This document shows positions 10,800-22,086 of a DNA stretch of 64,000 nucleotides, piece after piece. How positions within the stretch are numbered: the stretch's first letter is position 1; each line of letters begins with the position of its first letter. The position numbers and the translations under genes are program-made. This stretch comes from Caecitellus pseudoparvulus. Lineage: Eukaryota; Protista; Bigyra: Bicosoecida. The notes under the pieces were generated by a model. That model was not told where the DNA came from. It saw nothing but the letters and a program-made list of their open reading frames with translations, and searched no databases. The stretch lies in the NCBI GenBank assembly GCA_965644315.1, contig CBFFRQ010000042.1, forward strand, positions 1 through 64,000. The letters run 5' to 3'.

Positions 10800-12215
10800 A
10801 TGCATGGCAAGCATGCTGGACAGAGCAGGCATGCAGGGATGCGCAAGAGGACACGAGGGGCCCCGATGGGTCCCCCGCCAGGCAACCCCCCCTTGCCATT
10901 GCTGCGGAAAGGTGCTGTGAACTTGGTTGCTCTGCAGCCAAATGGGCCGCCGCCGGCAGCCCCCAACATCCGCAAAGCGCCGCCCACCGCGCGACCAGCC
11001 TCAAGCTCACGAAGAAGAGGGCAAGGTAGTGCCTTGCCCATGCACACAGCTTGCATTCCATCGGATGCCCCGCACACCGCTCGCCCAGTTTCGGCTGGGG
11101 CACAGCTGAGACGAGGAAGCACGCTGCGTGGCAGCTTACTGCAGGGCCAGGCTGAGCCACCCCCCTCGCCTGCCTTCCCCGAGCTGCGCCTGACCCTGTC
11201 CCCAGCAGGGGGGGCGCAAGAGCCCCCCTTGTTCATGGTGCAGGGCACCCGTACGCCTGGTTCAATGCCGCCAGATTCCCTGCAGCCTCTGCCCACCAAC
11301 ACGCCAGGGTCGTCCCCTGCGCCGGACGCCGTGCAGCTGGCAGCCATGGACATTGACGCGTTGAGCATGCTGCGCTCCCCCGTGCGGCGCAGCTCCAGCT
11401 CAGGCCGTGCCGCCATGCAAGCCTTCGTGTCTGCCAGCACCGCCATGCTGGCTGCAGCCTCCCAGCCTGCACCGCCCGCCTCGGACAAAGCCCAGTACCT
11501 TGCGAAGAAGGCAGCCTCTCTTGCAGCCCAGGTGGAGCAGGAACGCACAGCCAAGCGTGCATTGGCGCAGGAGCTGGCAGAGCTGAGGGCAGCCGCGGAC
11601 ACTGCGGCAGCTGCCCACGCCGGTGAGGTGCTGGCCTTGCGAAAGGAGCTGGGGCACCTGAAGGCCGTGGCGGCGGGCATCCTGCTGCAGGGCGACGCGG
11701 CCCGGGCCAGGCACCAAGTGCACGTTGGGGCACAGACACTGGGCCGCGTCTGCTTCGAGCGTGGCGTGCAGAGCGACGCCGCCGCGTGCCCGCGCCCACC
11801 GCCACGCGTGGACACGGCAGCGCAGACTAACGGGCGGGGCAGTGGGCGCCTGGCGTTGGCTCGGCAGGGGCTGGCGGCCCTCACGAGCGCCCAGCTCGAA
11901 GCCATTGCCACTCAAGCTACAGAGCCCTCCCAGCCTCTGTTCGTGCTCTGCACCGCTCTGCTGCTGGGCCTGGGGACTCGGGCAGAGACGCTGGCAGCGG
12001 CGTTCGGAGCAGGCGCCATCAGCAGCACACTCGCAGCTGCGCGGGAAGCTGAGCCCTCCGACATCTCCAAAGCAACGCTGGCCGCTGTCTCAGCGATGGC
12101 CACGGAGGCAGGCGGCATTTTGAACGACGCGGTCCGTGGCGGCCATGTGGGCGGCGTCCTGCTCGCGTTGTGGGGCGAAGCCATGCTGCAAGTGGCGACA
12201 GGCCTGCCTGCGTGA
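10800..12215 (+). CDS. Hypothetical protein, Pro-rich N-terminus plus coiled coil (start uncertain)
   Basis: 471-aa ORF filling the gap between neighbours; heptad segment LAAQVEQERTAKRALAQELAELRA. Confidence 0.6.
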   Translation: MHGKHAGQSRHAGMRKRTRGAPMGPPPGNPPLPLLRKGAVNLVALQPNGPPPAAPNIRKAPPTARPASSSRRRGQGSALPMHTACIPSDAPHTARPVSAGAQLRRGSTLRGSLLQGQAEPPPSPAFPELRLTLSPAGGAQEPPLFMVQGTRTPGSMPPDSLQPLPTNTPGSSPAPDAVQLAAMDIDALSMLRSPVRRSSSSGRAAMQAFVSASTAMLAAASQPAPPASDKAQYLAKKAASLAAQVEQERTAKRALAQELAELRAAADTAAAAHAGEVLALRKELGHLKAVAAGILLQGDAARARHQVHVGAQTLGRVCFERGVQSDAAACPRPPPRVDTAAQTNGRGSGRLALARQGLAALTSAQLEAIATQATEPSQPLFVLCTALLLGLGTRAETLAAAFGAGAISSTLAAAREAEPSDISKATLAAVSAMATEAGGILNDAVRGGHVGGVLLALWGEAMLQVATGLPA

Positions 12216-12225
12216 GGCTGGGAGC

Positions 12226-12606
12226 TCACTTGGGAGCTGGGCCTCGCTTGCAGCAGGCAACATAGTTGAGGTACAGGAAGGCTACCAGCGCCGCGAGCAT
12301 GGCGCTGCAGAACAGAACTGTCACAACGATGCCGAAGACTGGCTGCTGGCTGAACTTGGACTGGGACGATCCAGTGTCCACGCCTTCCCCAGCGTCCGAG
12401 CCACATGTGACGATAATGTCTGGATACAGCTGCTTCAGGGCGCGCATGTGAGCCACTGCTGCGTCCCGGCTGTCCACGTGGGCAGGCAAGTCGTGGGCTT
12501 GAGCGGCCAGGGTCTGGTCGCTGCGACTGGCCGCTTGCTGGGACGCGACGAGCGCAGCCGCCATGACCAGGCAGACGCCTGCCAGGGTGGAGCGCCAGGA
12601 GGCCAT
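12226..12606 (-). CDS. Small type I membrane protein (signal peptide plus C-terminal TM)
   Basis: MASWRSTLAGVCLVMAAALVAS signal; TM VFGIVVTVLFCSAMLAALVAFLYL followed by CCKR. Confidence 0.65.
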   Translation of the reverse strand: MASWRSTLAGVCLVMAAALVASQQAASRSDQTLAAQAHDLPAHVDSRDAAVAHMRALKQLYPDIIVTCGSDAGEGVDTGSSQSKFSQQPVFGIVVTVLFCSAMLAALVAFLYLNYVACCKRGPAPK

Positions 12607-13085
12607 GGCTTTGGGACAAGCGTGTGGGTCAACTTGTAGCGGCGCTTGGGGCAAGTTTCTGGCTGGCGATAACTGCGGGCTTGAGTTGCGGAGGATGCCG
12701 TGAGCGTGCCCGCTCCTAGCCAGCGAGCAGCGAGGCACGAGATCCAAGGAGGGCGAGAGTATGGACGCCTGTTGGATTCAGTGACCGGGGGTGGTTTTTG
12801 CGACATCTGTGCCTGTGCCAAACGCCGGATACTCCTGGCGTCTGCCCTGTCGAGACACGCATGCGGTTGGAGATGTGTGGTCCCTTGAGACGGCCCCTGC
12901 CAATGCAGTCAGAGGCACAAACTCATTCTCACTGGGCAACTATCTGAAATAGGGGGCAGGCATCCCCTTAAGCGCTGCTGGTTAAGGCTGGGAGAGGTGG
13001 TGCCGTGCACAAACCGCTGCACTGAGGTGGGAGCGCGTTTCGTGAGCGTTGCAGTGGTCCCGCCGGCCGCCGCTTCGCAGCAGCC

Positions 13086-14952
13086 ATGCCGCGGCTGAGT
13101 GGAGCTGATGCCGTCTTCTACATCTACTTTGTAGTGAGCCTGGCAGCTCTCGGCTACTGCGCATGGATGGCCTGCCAACTGTCGCGCTACGTCGGGTTCA
13201 CGTTGCTGCCACTGCTGGCGCTGGTTGTAGCTTTCGACAACTTGGCAGTTGCAGTGGTCATGGGGGACCCGGGCATCCCCAACGACCTCTTACGGACCCG
13301 CTTCGCTGTCCACAGTGCGTAGCGTGCAGCCCAGATGCATCCACGCCATCCACTCAGAGTTCCTGCCGCCCGCAGGCTTCGTCGTGCCGCTCTTCCTGGT
13401 GTGCATGTTTGAACTGAACTACGAGGTGCACAAGGAGCGCAGCGCCAACTTCTTTGGCTGCATTACCTTCGACGACGGCAGGCGCTCCAAGAGCTCCTTC
13501 ACATCTCAGCTGGTGCGGTACTCCATTTGGATGACTAGCTTCGTCCTGGTCATTCTCAGCGTCATTGGCGCCGCGGCATTCATTGTCAAGCCCTCAGACT
13601 ACGTGAGGAGCTCCCGGTTCACCAACGGCGGCCTGCAGAACCCAGATGGAGACGGGGATGGCACGGCTTCGCTTTCAGGTGAGGGCATATCGCCGCGAGG
13701 CAGCGCGCCCTAGCTGAGGCAGCAGCACTGCACGCACCCACCTCTCCCACCGCCCACAGAGCTGCTGGACTTTGCCCTGCCTCTGCTGCTTCTAGTGTTC
13801 TCATTTTACACGGGTGTGTCCCTGTGGCGGTACGGCACGACCATCTCCGTGGACGTGCGAGCCACCATTGCGAACCCCTGGATGGCCATCGTGCCCGCCT
13901 CCCTGCTGTACCTGCTGGCGCTGCTGCTGACGCCACGCAACCTGTCGGCGCCATACTGGGTCAGTCTCACCATGTTGCTCCTGCTGCTGTCCCTCATCTC
14001 CACTTCCCGCCTCATCGCGACGAACCTCGTCACGCTGCGCACGGAAACCGACTTCCTGCACCACCTGGGCGCCGCTATGGGACTGTCCGAAGCGCCGGCG
14101 CCGGAGCTGAAGCGGGGGCACAGCTTCGCCCCCGGCGGCGGCGTCGTTGGCATCGCCTCAGACTCCGGCGCCCTGGACATCGGCCCCAGCATCGCACAGG
14201 GCGGCATGGCTGGCGTGGGCAAGCACGCCATGCCCATGCGCAGCGCCAGCATCGCGAGGCCTGCAGACGACGGCCTGCGGCCCCGCTCGCAGTCAGCGTC
14301 CTCTAGGGATTCCGAGTCTGCGCGGGCCAAGCGCCCCACCCTCGGACCCGGCGGCCTGGACGAGGCGGAGCACCTGCCAAGCATGCCCATGCGGGCGCCG
14401 CGGGGTGGTGCGGTGGCGCGGGCTGCTCAGGCCAAGAGCCTGGCCACCATGCAGCAGCAGTTCAGCTCGCGCACCCTGGACATGCCGGCGTACGGCTCCT
14501 TGAACGTGGATGCAGAAGCGGGCGAGCACAGTCCCCCGGCGCCGCCGACACGCAGGCAGCCTGCGGCGGCGCCCCCCCCCCGCAGGCGGAAGGGGTCCCC
14601 CCCTCCCCCGCCCCGCCTGGACCTCAGCGCCATGCCGCCCACGCAGCTGTCCCCCTTCCGGAGCTATGCGCCAGGGCAGTCTGCACCCGAGAGCTTTCCC
14701 GTGCCGCCGGCCGACAGCGACAGTGACTCCTCTGACAGTGACGTGGTGGAGGTGGAGGGCACGGCATCCTGGGAGAGTGATGCCGACTCAGCCCCAGCAC
14801 CACGGGCCCAGCTTGCGGTGCATGCTCGCACACTGGGTGACTCCAAGGCGGCCTCTCCGCAGCGACTCGTGTCCCTGCGAGGCAAGGGCGCCTCAGCGGC
14901 GGGACTGTCGTACTACAGGCGACCACAGGCTGGCGCGCCCCGGGGCCGGTGA
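13086..14952 (+). CDS. 7-TM membrane protein with long disordered C-tail; 3 exons
   Basis: Introns 13315-13375 and 13679-13759 join ORFs 13086, 13249 and 13795; seven hydrophobic segments. Confidence 0.7.
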
Positions 14953-14964
14953 ACCGCCACCAAT

Positions 14965-17064
14965 TCACAGGGACTCCTCTCGAAACTGGCTGACGGAGTC
15001 GTCCACCTCCATCACCAGCGGCATGGGCTTGCTGGCCACCAGGTGCTGGACATCCGCCCGACTTGCCGTGCGGCGAGGGGGGGCGGAGGGCGCCAGGGGC
15101 ATGCCCGCCCGGATGCGCTTGGAGGTCATGCCCGCTGTCAGCAGGGCGCTGTGGGCAGAGCCACCCTGTCCCGTCAGAGCTGCGATCTCCGTGGCCAATG
15201 GCTGCGCCGCCGAGCTGGAGCCCTGCCTGGACATGGAGTGCGTGAAGGAGGCGGCCTTGGCCAGGGTGCGCAGGGTGTCCATGGTGTCTGCTGGGGCGGC
15301 GTCCAGGGGCAGGCGTCGGTGTCTGCGGCGCAGGGCCAGCTCCACGCTGGAAAACCCGTGCAGCAATGTGATGGTGCGGGGCACGCAGTGCGGGAAGGCG
15401 CCCAATAGCACGCCATAGCCTGCCAGGGACAAGCCCAGGCCAGTCGCCGTGAGGATGAATGCCAGCGCTTGGCCGGTGCTGCTTGCCAAGCCTGAGAAGG
15501 CCAGCATGCCGGAGATGAGGCCTGCTAGAATGTCCAGCGCACAGCGGCCGAGGAACACCCAGCGAGTGGTCGTGCGAGTTCGCACTGCGACCGGCCCCAG
15601 CGGCAGTTGCCAAAGCAGCAGGTGCACGAAGCCAGCGGCCCAGGGGGTGGGCAGGGTGGAGGGAGAGTCCACGTCTTGCGAGGGGGAGACGGAGGCAGCG
15701 AGCACTAGCTGGATGAGGACGTCTGTGCCACACAGCACCAGGACGCCCAGCCACGCTCGCGACGTGAATGCCACGCTGCCCAGCACGAGGAGCCGGCCCG
15801 CCACCAACGCACAGCGAGCAAGGAGCAGAGTGAAGCTGGCAGAGGCAGGCGGGGAGCAGGCGGGGAGAGTGCACGGCGCACGGCGTGTGGTTGCGGAGTG
15901 CTTCACGCTCACACCACCCAGCCCGCCGACCAGCGCCGGAGCAGCGGCACCTGTGCCGGAGGCTTGAGCGGGCACGAGGCTGGGTGGTGGCAAGAGGTAT
16001 GCCCGCCAGTCATCATCCCACACGCCCCATGCATACACGACAATGGTGGCAATGCTGGCCCCTGCGGCAAGCAGCGGCGGCAGGCTCGCGGGCGTGTCCA
16101 GCCACAAAGCAATGAACACCACTGCCTCAAATGGCAGCCGCCAGCCAACATGCCACCTGAACGCCACGCCGAGGAAGTCCGCTGCGTGGAACTGCAGCTC
16201 TGCGCCTTGCTGGGGACACAAGTGCCCAGTGCAGTCCCACACTGGCCCACAAAGGCAGGCGTGCAGCGCTCCTGCCATGCACGGATGAAGGCTCTGCAGT
16301 GTGGATGCAGCTGCTGCCTGCGCGTAGCTCTGCACCCGCTCTTTGAGCGCTGCAGGGGCAGCTCCCAGGGTGCGCTTGGCTTCCCTGAGGGCCTGCGCTG
16401 CCGTGTAGCCGGCCACGGCGCTCGCGCCACAGCAGACGACGAAGGACAGCGCAAGGCACACACGCAGCGGGAACGGCACGTCGTGGGCTACACAGACGAA
16501 GAGCGCGAGCCCAAGCTGTGCAAAGAACAGCATCACTGTGGCCACTGCAATGCAGGCTTGTGGGGCCACGGCCGGGGATGTGTGTGTGGGGGTCACGAGG
16601 TCGTGTTGCTGCGTTGCGGCGCCGCCCAGCAGCCACGCTCGGCTGCCCAGCGCATGCCCCAGCGCACCAGTCCTTGCAGCGCTGGAGCCAATGGCATTTG
16701 AATCTGATAGGTTTGCGCCTGCGGCTGCCAGCAGCAGCGTGACTGCGTGGTGCCCTGCACGGGCTGACTGGAGCACAGGAGGCCCGACCTCGTCCGGGCT
16801 GCGCTCAGCCTGCTCGCTGGTCAGCTGGCTGGGCAAGGCGAAGCCATGCAAGCCACGTGAAAAGACTCGGGAGGCTGGCACCTGTGCCGCATCAACGATC
16901 TTGAAGGCGGCCTCCAGGTTCCCAGCGGCAGCAGCTTGGAGCGCTGCGTCTGCGAATTGCCCAGAGGGGTCTGCTCCCTCTGAGCTGCTCTTGACCCCGC
17001 TCCCACCGGCAGACTTCAAGGCCCCAATGTCGTGCATGCCCACAACGCTGCTAGGTGCTGCCAT
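14965..17064 (-). CDS. Membrane protein with degenerate N-terminal ankyrin repeats and many TM segments
   Basis: ALQAAAAGNLEAAFKIV and VLQSARAGHHAVTLLLAAAGAN ankyrin-like units; multiple hydrophobic helices. Confidence 0.55.
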   Translation of the reverse strand: MAAPSSVVGMHDIGALKSAGGSGVKSSSEGADPSGQFADAALQAAAAGNLEAAFKIVDAAQVPASRVFSRGLHGFALPSQLTSEQAERSPDEVGPPVLQSARAGHHAVTLLLAAAGANLSDSNAIGSSAARTGALGHALGSRAWLLGGAATQQHDLVTPTHTSPAVAPQACIAVATVMLFFAQLGLALFVCVAHDVPFPLRVCLALSFVVCCGASAVAGYTAAQALREAKRTLGAAPAALKERVQSYAQAAAASTLQSLHPCMAGALHACLCGPVWDCTGHLCPQQGAELQFHAADFLGVAFRWHVGWRLPFEAVVFIALWLDTPASLPPLLAAGASIATIVVYAWGVWDDDWRAYLLPPPSLVPAQASGTGAAAPALVGGLGGVSVKHSATTRRAPCTLPACSPPASASFTLLLARCALVAGRLLVLGSVAFTSRAWLGVLVLCGTDVLIQLVLAASVSPSQDVDSPSTLPTPWAAGFVHLLLWQLPLGPVAVRTRTTTRWVFLGRCALDILAGLISGMLAFSGLASSTGQALAFILTATGLGLSLAGYGVLLGAFPHCVPRTITLLHGFSSVELALRRRHRRLPLDAAPADTMDTLRTLAKAASFTHSMSRQGSSSAAQPLATEIAALTGQGGSAHSALLTAGMTSKRIRAGMPLAPSAPPRRTASRADVQHLVASKPMPLVMEVDDSVSQFREESL

Positions 17065-17463
17065 GATCCTCGTGGATACGCAGAGCCCAGGGAAGCCAGA
17101 GCACTGTGTCAGCGTCCAGGTGGCTGGCCGCTTGCGACGACACCCAGCAACCGCTCAAGGCGGTCAGGAGCACAAAGGCTGGCCGGTGGCGCTTCGGGGG
17201 GAGAAAATAGTGAGTCAGATCGTTCAGCGACCGAATAAGGTGCTGTTCGAGGGAGCAACGTCAGAGGTGGCCAGGTGCGTGTCACGTGACAGTGAGCGCT
17301 CGCTGTATGACCCAGCAACTGGGCAGTTGGGGGCTGATACCTGAGCCTGCTTGGCGTCGTGCCCACAGTGCAAGCTGGCCAAGTCTGCAGGGGGAAGAAA
17401 GGCGGTGCATTGCACGAGGTGAACTTGTTTTGGCGGCGGCAGCGCAGTCCCTGCGGCGGGCCG

Positions 17464-19802
17464 TCACGAGGAGTGCGGGGAGTTGTGGATCTGCAGCGTG
17501 CTGCCTTCCGCCACGATGAAGGAAGCCCCGACGTCTCGGGACATCGTCACAGTGACAGGCCCATCACCAGGGCCCCAGCTGCTGCTGTGGGTGCTGGAGC
17601 CCAGCCCGCCAGACGTGGCCAGGGGCCGTGTCAGGCCCCGGATGCTGGGGCCGTGCTGCGGCTGCAGCTGGTGCTGGCTGCCCGCCCACCTCGACACGCC
17701 AGGCCCAGGGCCGTGATGCGAGCTGCCGCTGGGCGAGGGGGGTGCCCCACCTTCACTCTCCTGGGCAGCCGCTGACTCATCCAAGTACCGTGAGTACCGC
17801 CCCGTGATGCGGGTGTCCCCTGACAGGTCCGCGTCGAAGCCCGTCGCATCGCGCAGTTCGCTAGCGGACAGCGGTCCCCCTCGAGGCCCCGCAGCTGCAC
17901 TGTGCGGCAGCGTCGCGGCATGGGGTGCTGGCGACTCCAGTGCCCCAGAGGCCGCGATGCTGCTGCGCAGGGCAGCGTTGTCGGCCCGTGCCGCGTTCAG
18001 CTTCTCCTCCAGCCTCGACACCATGCCCTGCATGCCGTGGAGTGCATCGCCACGACTTTGCTCCTGCGCAGCAGCGTGCGTGCCGCCAGCGTGGCTCGCG
18101 CCCCCTGTGGCTGTTCCAGGGGAAGGAGGTGCGGCACGCGGCTTCTCGTCATCCACAGGCTCAGTCGCAGCAGCACCCTGCTGTGCTGGGGACACCGGCA
18201 TGGGCAGGCCCCGTGGCCATGCCTGCTGAAGCGCCTTCACTTGTGCCGCCAGGGCGTCCCGCTCTTCAAAGGCGGCCTCCGTCGTGGTCACGATGTCCGA
18301 CAGCTGCTGGGCCGTCTCCTGCGCCGCGGCGAAGAATTCGTCCCGCTCAGCCGTCAGCTCCTGCAGCTCACCAGCCTGGGACGCCAGCTTCTCCTCTGCC
18401 GCCTCTGCGCGGCGCTGGGCCGCCTCCAGCGCCACAGACGCCGACAGCTTGCCCTCCTGGCGCACGGCATCTGCCACCATGGCCGCGTGCTCGGCAGTGG
18501 AGCGCTTGAGCTTGTCGAGGGCGGCCCGTGACGCGGCGAGGGCGGCCTGACTTTCCCCCAGCTCCGCCTGCAAGCGACGCACCTCGGCTTCGAGCGCTGG
18601 CGAGGGGGGGGGGCGAGGGGGCGCAGCCACGGGGGGGGAGTGTCTGACCGTGCTGTCGCTTGGTGCCCCGTGTCCGCCAGGGTGGGCACCCCCAGCACCC
18701 TGCCGCCCCGCCATGAACGCGTCCAGGCCTGCGACACTCTCACGCACACGGTCTGGCAGAGAGGATGCGGTAGATGCGGGGGAGGAGGGCGCGGCTGCCT
18801 GGCCCTTGGCACCTGCCGCGGGGGGGGAGGGGGGGTCGCCCCGCCCTGCCCCCTCCGCCCCCGCACCGTGCTGAGCCAACAGGGCCCGCGCATGCTGTAG
18901 GGCAGCTGTCGCACCAGACCCCGCGGCGCCTGGCGCCGGAGGGCGGGGTGGCCGAGCCGCTGGGCGGGCAGCCGGACTACCCAGCCCTGCCACGAGCTGC
19001 TCCACGTCCCCCCCGTGTGCGGAGATAATGCGGTCCAGGGCCGCCTCCAACGAGCCCACTTCAGCCTCCAGGTCCATGACCTGGCTCTCTGCCGCTTCGG
19101 CCCGCTTGGTTTGCCCTAGCAGTGCCTCCCGCATCTCCTGCGCCAGCGTGCCCAGCGCCTGCTCATGCCGGTGAGACATGGCCAGGACGAAGGGGTGCGA
19201 CGCCAGGGCATCGTCAGTGGTGCTGGCACTGCCAGCTGACGCGCTGAGCAGTGCAATGGCCTCTGCCATGTCACCCAGCGCGAGGGTGGGTGTGGCAGGG
19301 TCGGCTGGCACCTCCTCCCGCACCAGCTTCTGCGCCCACCCCTGCAGTGCAGCTTCCAGACGCTGCATGCCAGCCTCTTGCTGCTTCGCAGAATCAAGAA
19401 CACTCTGCAATGGAGAGGGACCGGCGGAGGGGGGGTGAGGGGGCGCTGCCTGCCGTCGGGACCAGCCCGCCTTGGAGGGTTGCAGGCGGGGCAAGCAATT
19501 TCCGCAGCCGGCAGCCGCCCTGCCGCTCCTGGCAACGCCACACGCCGGTGGTGACGCACCTGTGGTTCAACGTGGCCAGAGGCGATTCGCTGCGCGACAG
19601 CCAGCGCATGGGCTGCACCTGCGTTCACTGCATTCGCAGCAAGGGTGAACGCCTCGTTGGCTGTTGCAGCGACGGCCCCAGTGGCTTCCGTCGCAGCCTG
19701 CAACCTGGACTCCATGTACACCAGCTCGTCCACAACCTCTGCTAGCTGCGCAGACTTCTCTGCCAGCTGCTGGTGCACACGCTGCAGCTCGGGCGCAGCC
19801 AT
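17464..19802 (-). CDS. Coiled-coil protein; 2 exons (acceptor uncertain)
   Basis: ORF 19116..19847 joins ORF 17464..19494 through a GTGCGT donor near 19559; long heptad stretches. Confidence 0.6.
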
Positions 19803-20242
19803 GGGTGTCGGCAGCTCAGGCGCGGGAGCTTCAGACTTCTCCCTCACTTCGCGACAGGCTCAGCACCGACGCCATGCGTGGGGGGGGGGGGCACCTTGTT
19901 TGCGCTCAGAAGTTGGAAACAGCGGGTGCTGCTATGTTTTGTTGGGATTTTATGGCGGCCCTGCATTGAATCGTCACGCCTGCCAAGGAGCGGCATGCCC
20001 CGCAAACGAAGCAGGGCCCACTGGGCACCACACAAACCGACAGTTTGGCGGTGGCCATGCAGAGCAGCAGGGGACAACAGATTTCGACGTCACCCCAATC
20101 TTCCCCCACCCATCACCCCGCACACCCACCAATGAATGCAAGGGCCTTCCACTGAGGCAGCCTGGCAGCCAGTGAAGTTGCGCATTTTCCGCACGTATCA
20201 GGCCACGGCGCTTGAGCACTGGCAGGAGATTCTGTGGCCACA

Positions 20243-22062
20243 ATGGAGGCGAAGATGGATCTCCCAGAGCCCATGCCACACGGCTGCGTGGGGGAGGGCG
20301 CCGCCCACGCCGAGGAGTTCAAGAAGCTGTCCGGCATGGCTACCAAGGCAATTGCACAGTATTACCAAGGGTTCCCCGAGGGAACAGGGCGGTCAGCTGC
20401 GGAAATAGGGCGCTGTACGCCGATCGGCACTCTGGCGACAACGACAGACATCTGCAGCATCCCAGACAGCCTGGAGGAAGCTAAGGACCTGTCCAGTGAC
20501 ATGGCCTCTTGGCTGCGTCTGTCCATCAGTACTCACGCTCCGCTCTTCCTTGACAAGTGAGTGCGCGTGGCCGCCACGCTCAGCTGGGCTGGCCTCAGGC
20601 AGCCACACCCCCGCGTGTTCACAGGCTGTGGACTGGCGCGCACCCCGTCGCAGTCATGGGGGAGTTCCTCACCGCAGCTGCCAACACCAGCGCCCACACG
20701 TACGCTGTGGCCCCCTTTCACTCTGCCGTGGAGGTGAGCGTCTTGCGCAAGCTGCGGGAGCTGGCGGGGTTTCCCTGCCAGGACCCCATCGCCAGCTTCC
20801 TGGGCGCCAGCGAGGCTGCCCAGGGCCCTGAGCACGACAAGTTCGCGGGTCTGCCCTTGGGTGACGGCATCACATGCCCTGGGGGCAGCTACTCCAACAT
20901 GCTGGCCATGCTGGCTGCACGCACGCTGGCCGCCCCCGCCCTGGCCCAGGTGGGCTGGGCGGGGCACATCGCAGGCGGCGGCAAGCCCCTCGTCGCCTTC
21001 ACGTCGGCACAAGCCCACTACTCCATCGTGCGTGCCGGCTCTGTCCTGGGCCTGGGCCGCGAGGGGGTGGTGCGTGTGCCCTGCGACGCTGGCGGGAGCA
21101 TGCTGCCCTCGGCGCTGGATGACGCCATTGCCGCGGCGGTGGCGGAGGGCAAGCAGCCCTTCTTCGTCTCGGCCACTGCCGGCACGACTGTGCTGGGCGC
21201 ATACGACCCTCTGCAAGCCATAGCCGACGTCGTGGACGCCTGGAACAGCAAGCTGGCGCGGGGGCAGGAGGCGGGAGCAGGGGGCTGCGCGGCGGAGGGC
21301 CCTGGGCAGGGGCAGCGGGCTGCGCTGTGGCTGCACGTGGACGGCAGCTGGGGTGGCAGCGTCATCACGCTCCCACACAAGCACCCCGGGCGAGCCCTGG
21401 TGGATGGCCTGGAGCGCGCAGACAGCTTCGTCGTGAACCCTCACAAGCTGCTGGGCGTGCCGCAGCAGTGCAGCGCGCTGCTGGTCAAGTCCCCCTACAT
21501 CCTGCGAGAGGCCTGCGCCAGCAAGGCAGAGTACCTCTTCCACCCCCACGCCCAGGCCCAGTTCGACCAGGGGGACAAGACCCTCACCTGTGGCCGGCGC
21601 CCCGACGCCTCCAAGCTGTGGCTCATGTGGCGCCACGTGACGACGGCGGGGCTGGCGGCGCGTGTGTCCCACGCCCTGGACATGGCCGCCTCCTTCGCCC
21701 AGCTCGTCGCCAGGGACGACCGCTTCCTCCTCGTGAAGCCCTGCACCTCCTTCAACGTGGCCTTCTGGTACCTGCCCAAACGAGGGGGGGTGCGCGCTGC
21801 CCTAGCGGGGCTGGGCAGTGCTGCCGTCTCCACCGCCGTCGCTGACCATGGACAGGTGTTGGCAGACACGGTGCTGCAGCTGTACGAGGCCATGCAGGCA
21901 GCTGGCAGCGTGCTGGTGAACCACAACCCGCTGTCTGACCAGGGCCTGCCCCGCTTCTTCCGGGCAGTCTTCAACGCGCCCTCCGTGCAGACACAGCACT
22001 TGAAGTTCATCCTGGACGAGATCCCCCGCTTGGCCGTCAGCGCCGGCCTGGACGACGCGTGA
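20243..22062 (+). CDS. Group II PLP-dependent decarboxylase (GAD/CSAD/GADL1-like); 2 exons
   Basis: Intron 20557-20624; PGGSYSN, AHYSI, ATAGTTVLGAYDPL, WLHVDGSWGG, NPHK (PLP Lys), GDKTLTCGRRPD, KLWLMW. Confidence 0.92.
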
Positions 22063-22086
22063 GCCAGCGGCCATGCCGGCGTGCTC

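Noticed and set aside
10490-11029. Selenocysteine or UGA read-through of YeeE/YedE (CDARE-TGA, second in-frame TGA at 10541, then in-frame ORF 10547..11029)
   Set aside because: No convincing SECIS geometry, the putative ATGA core overlaps the stop itself, the Sec position would be in a non-conserved tail, and TGA is the dominant ordinary stop in this window
19879-19891. Poly-G run upstream of the coiled-coil gene as a frameshift or G-quadruplex
   Set aside because: Lies upstream of a usable ATG (19802); G/C runs are common throughout the window
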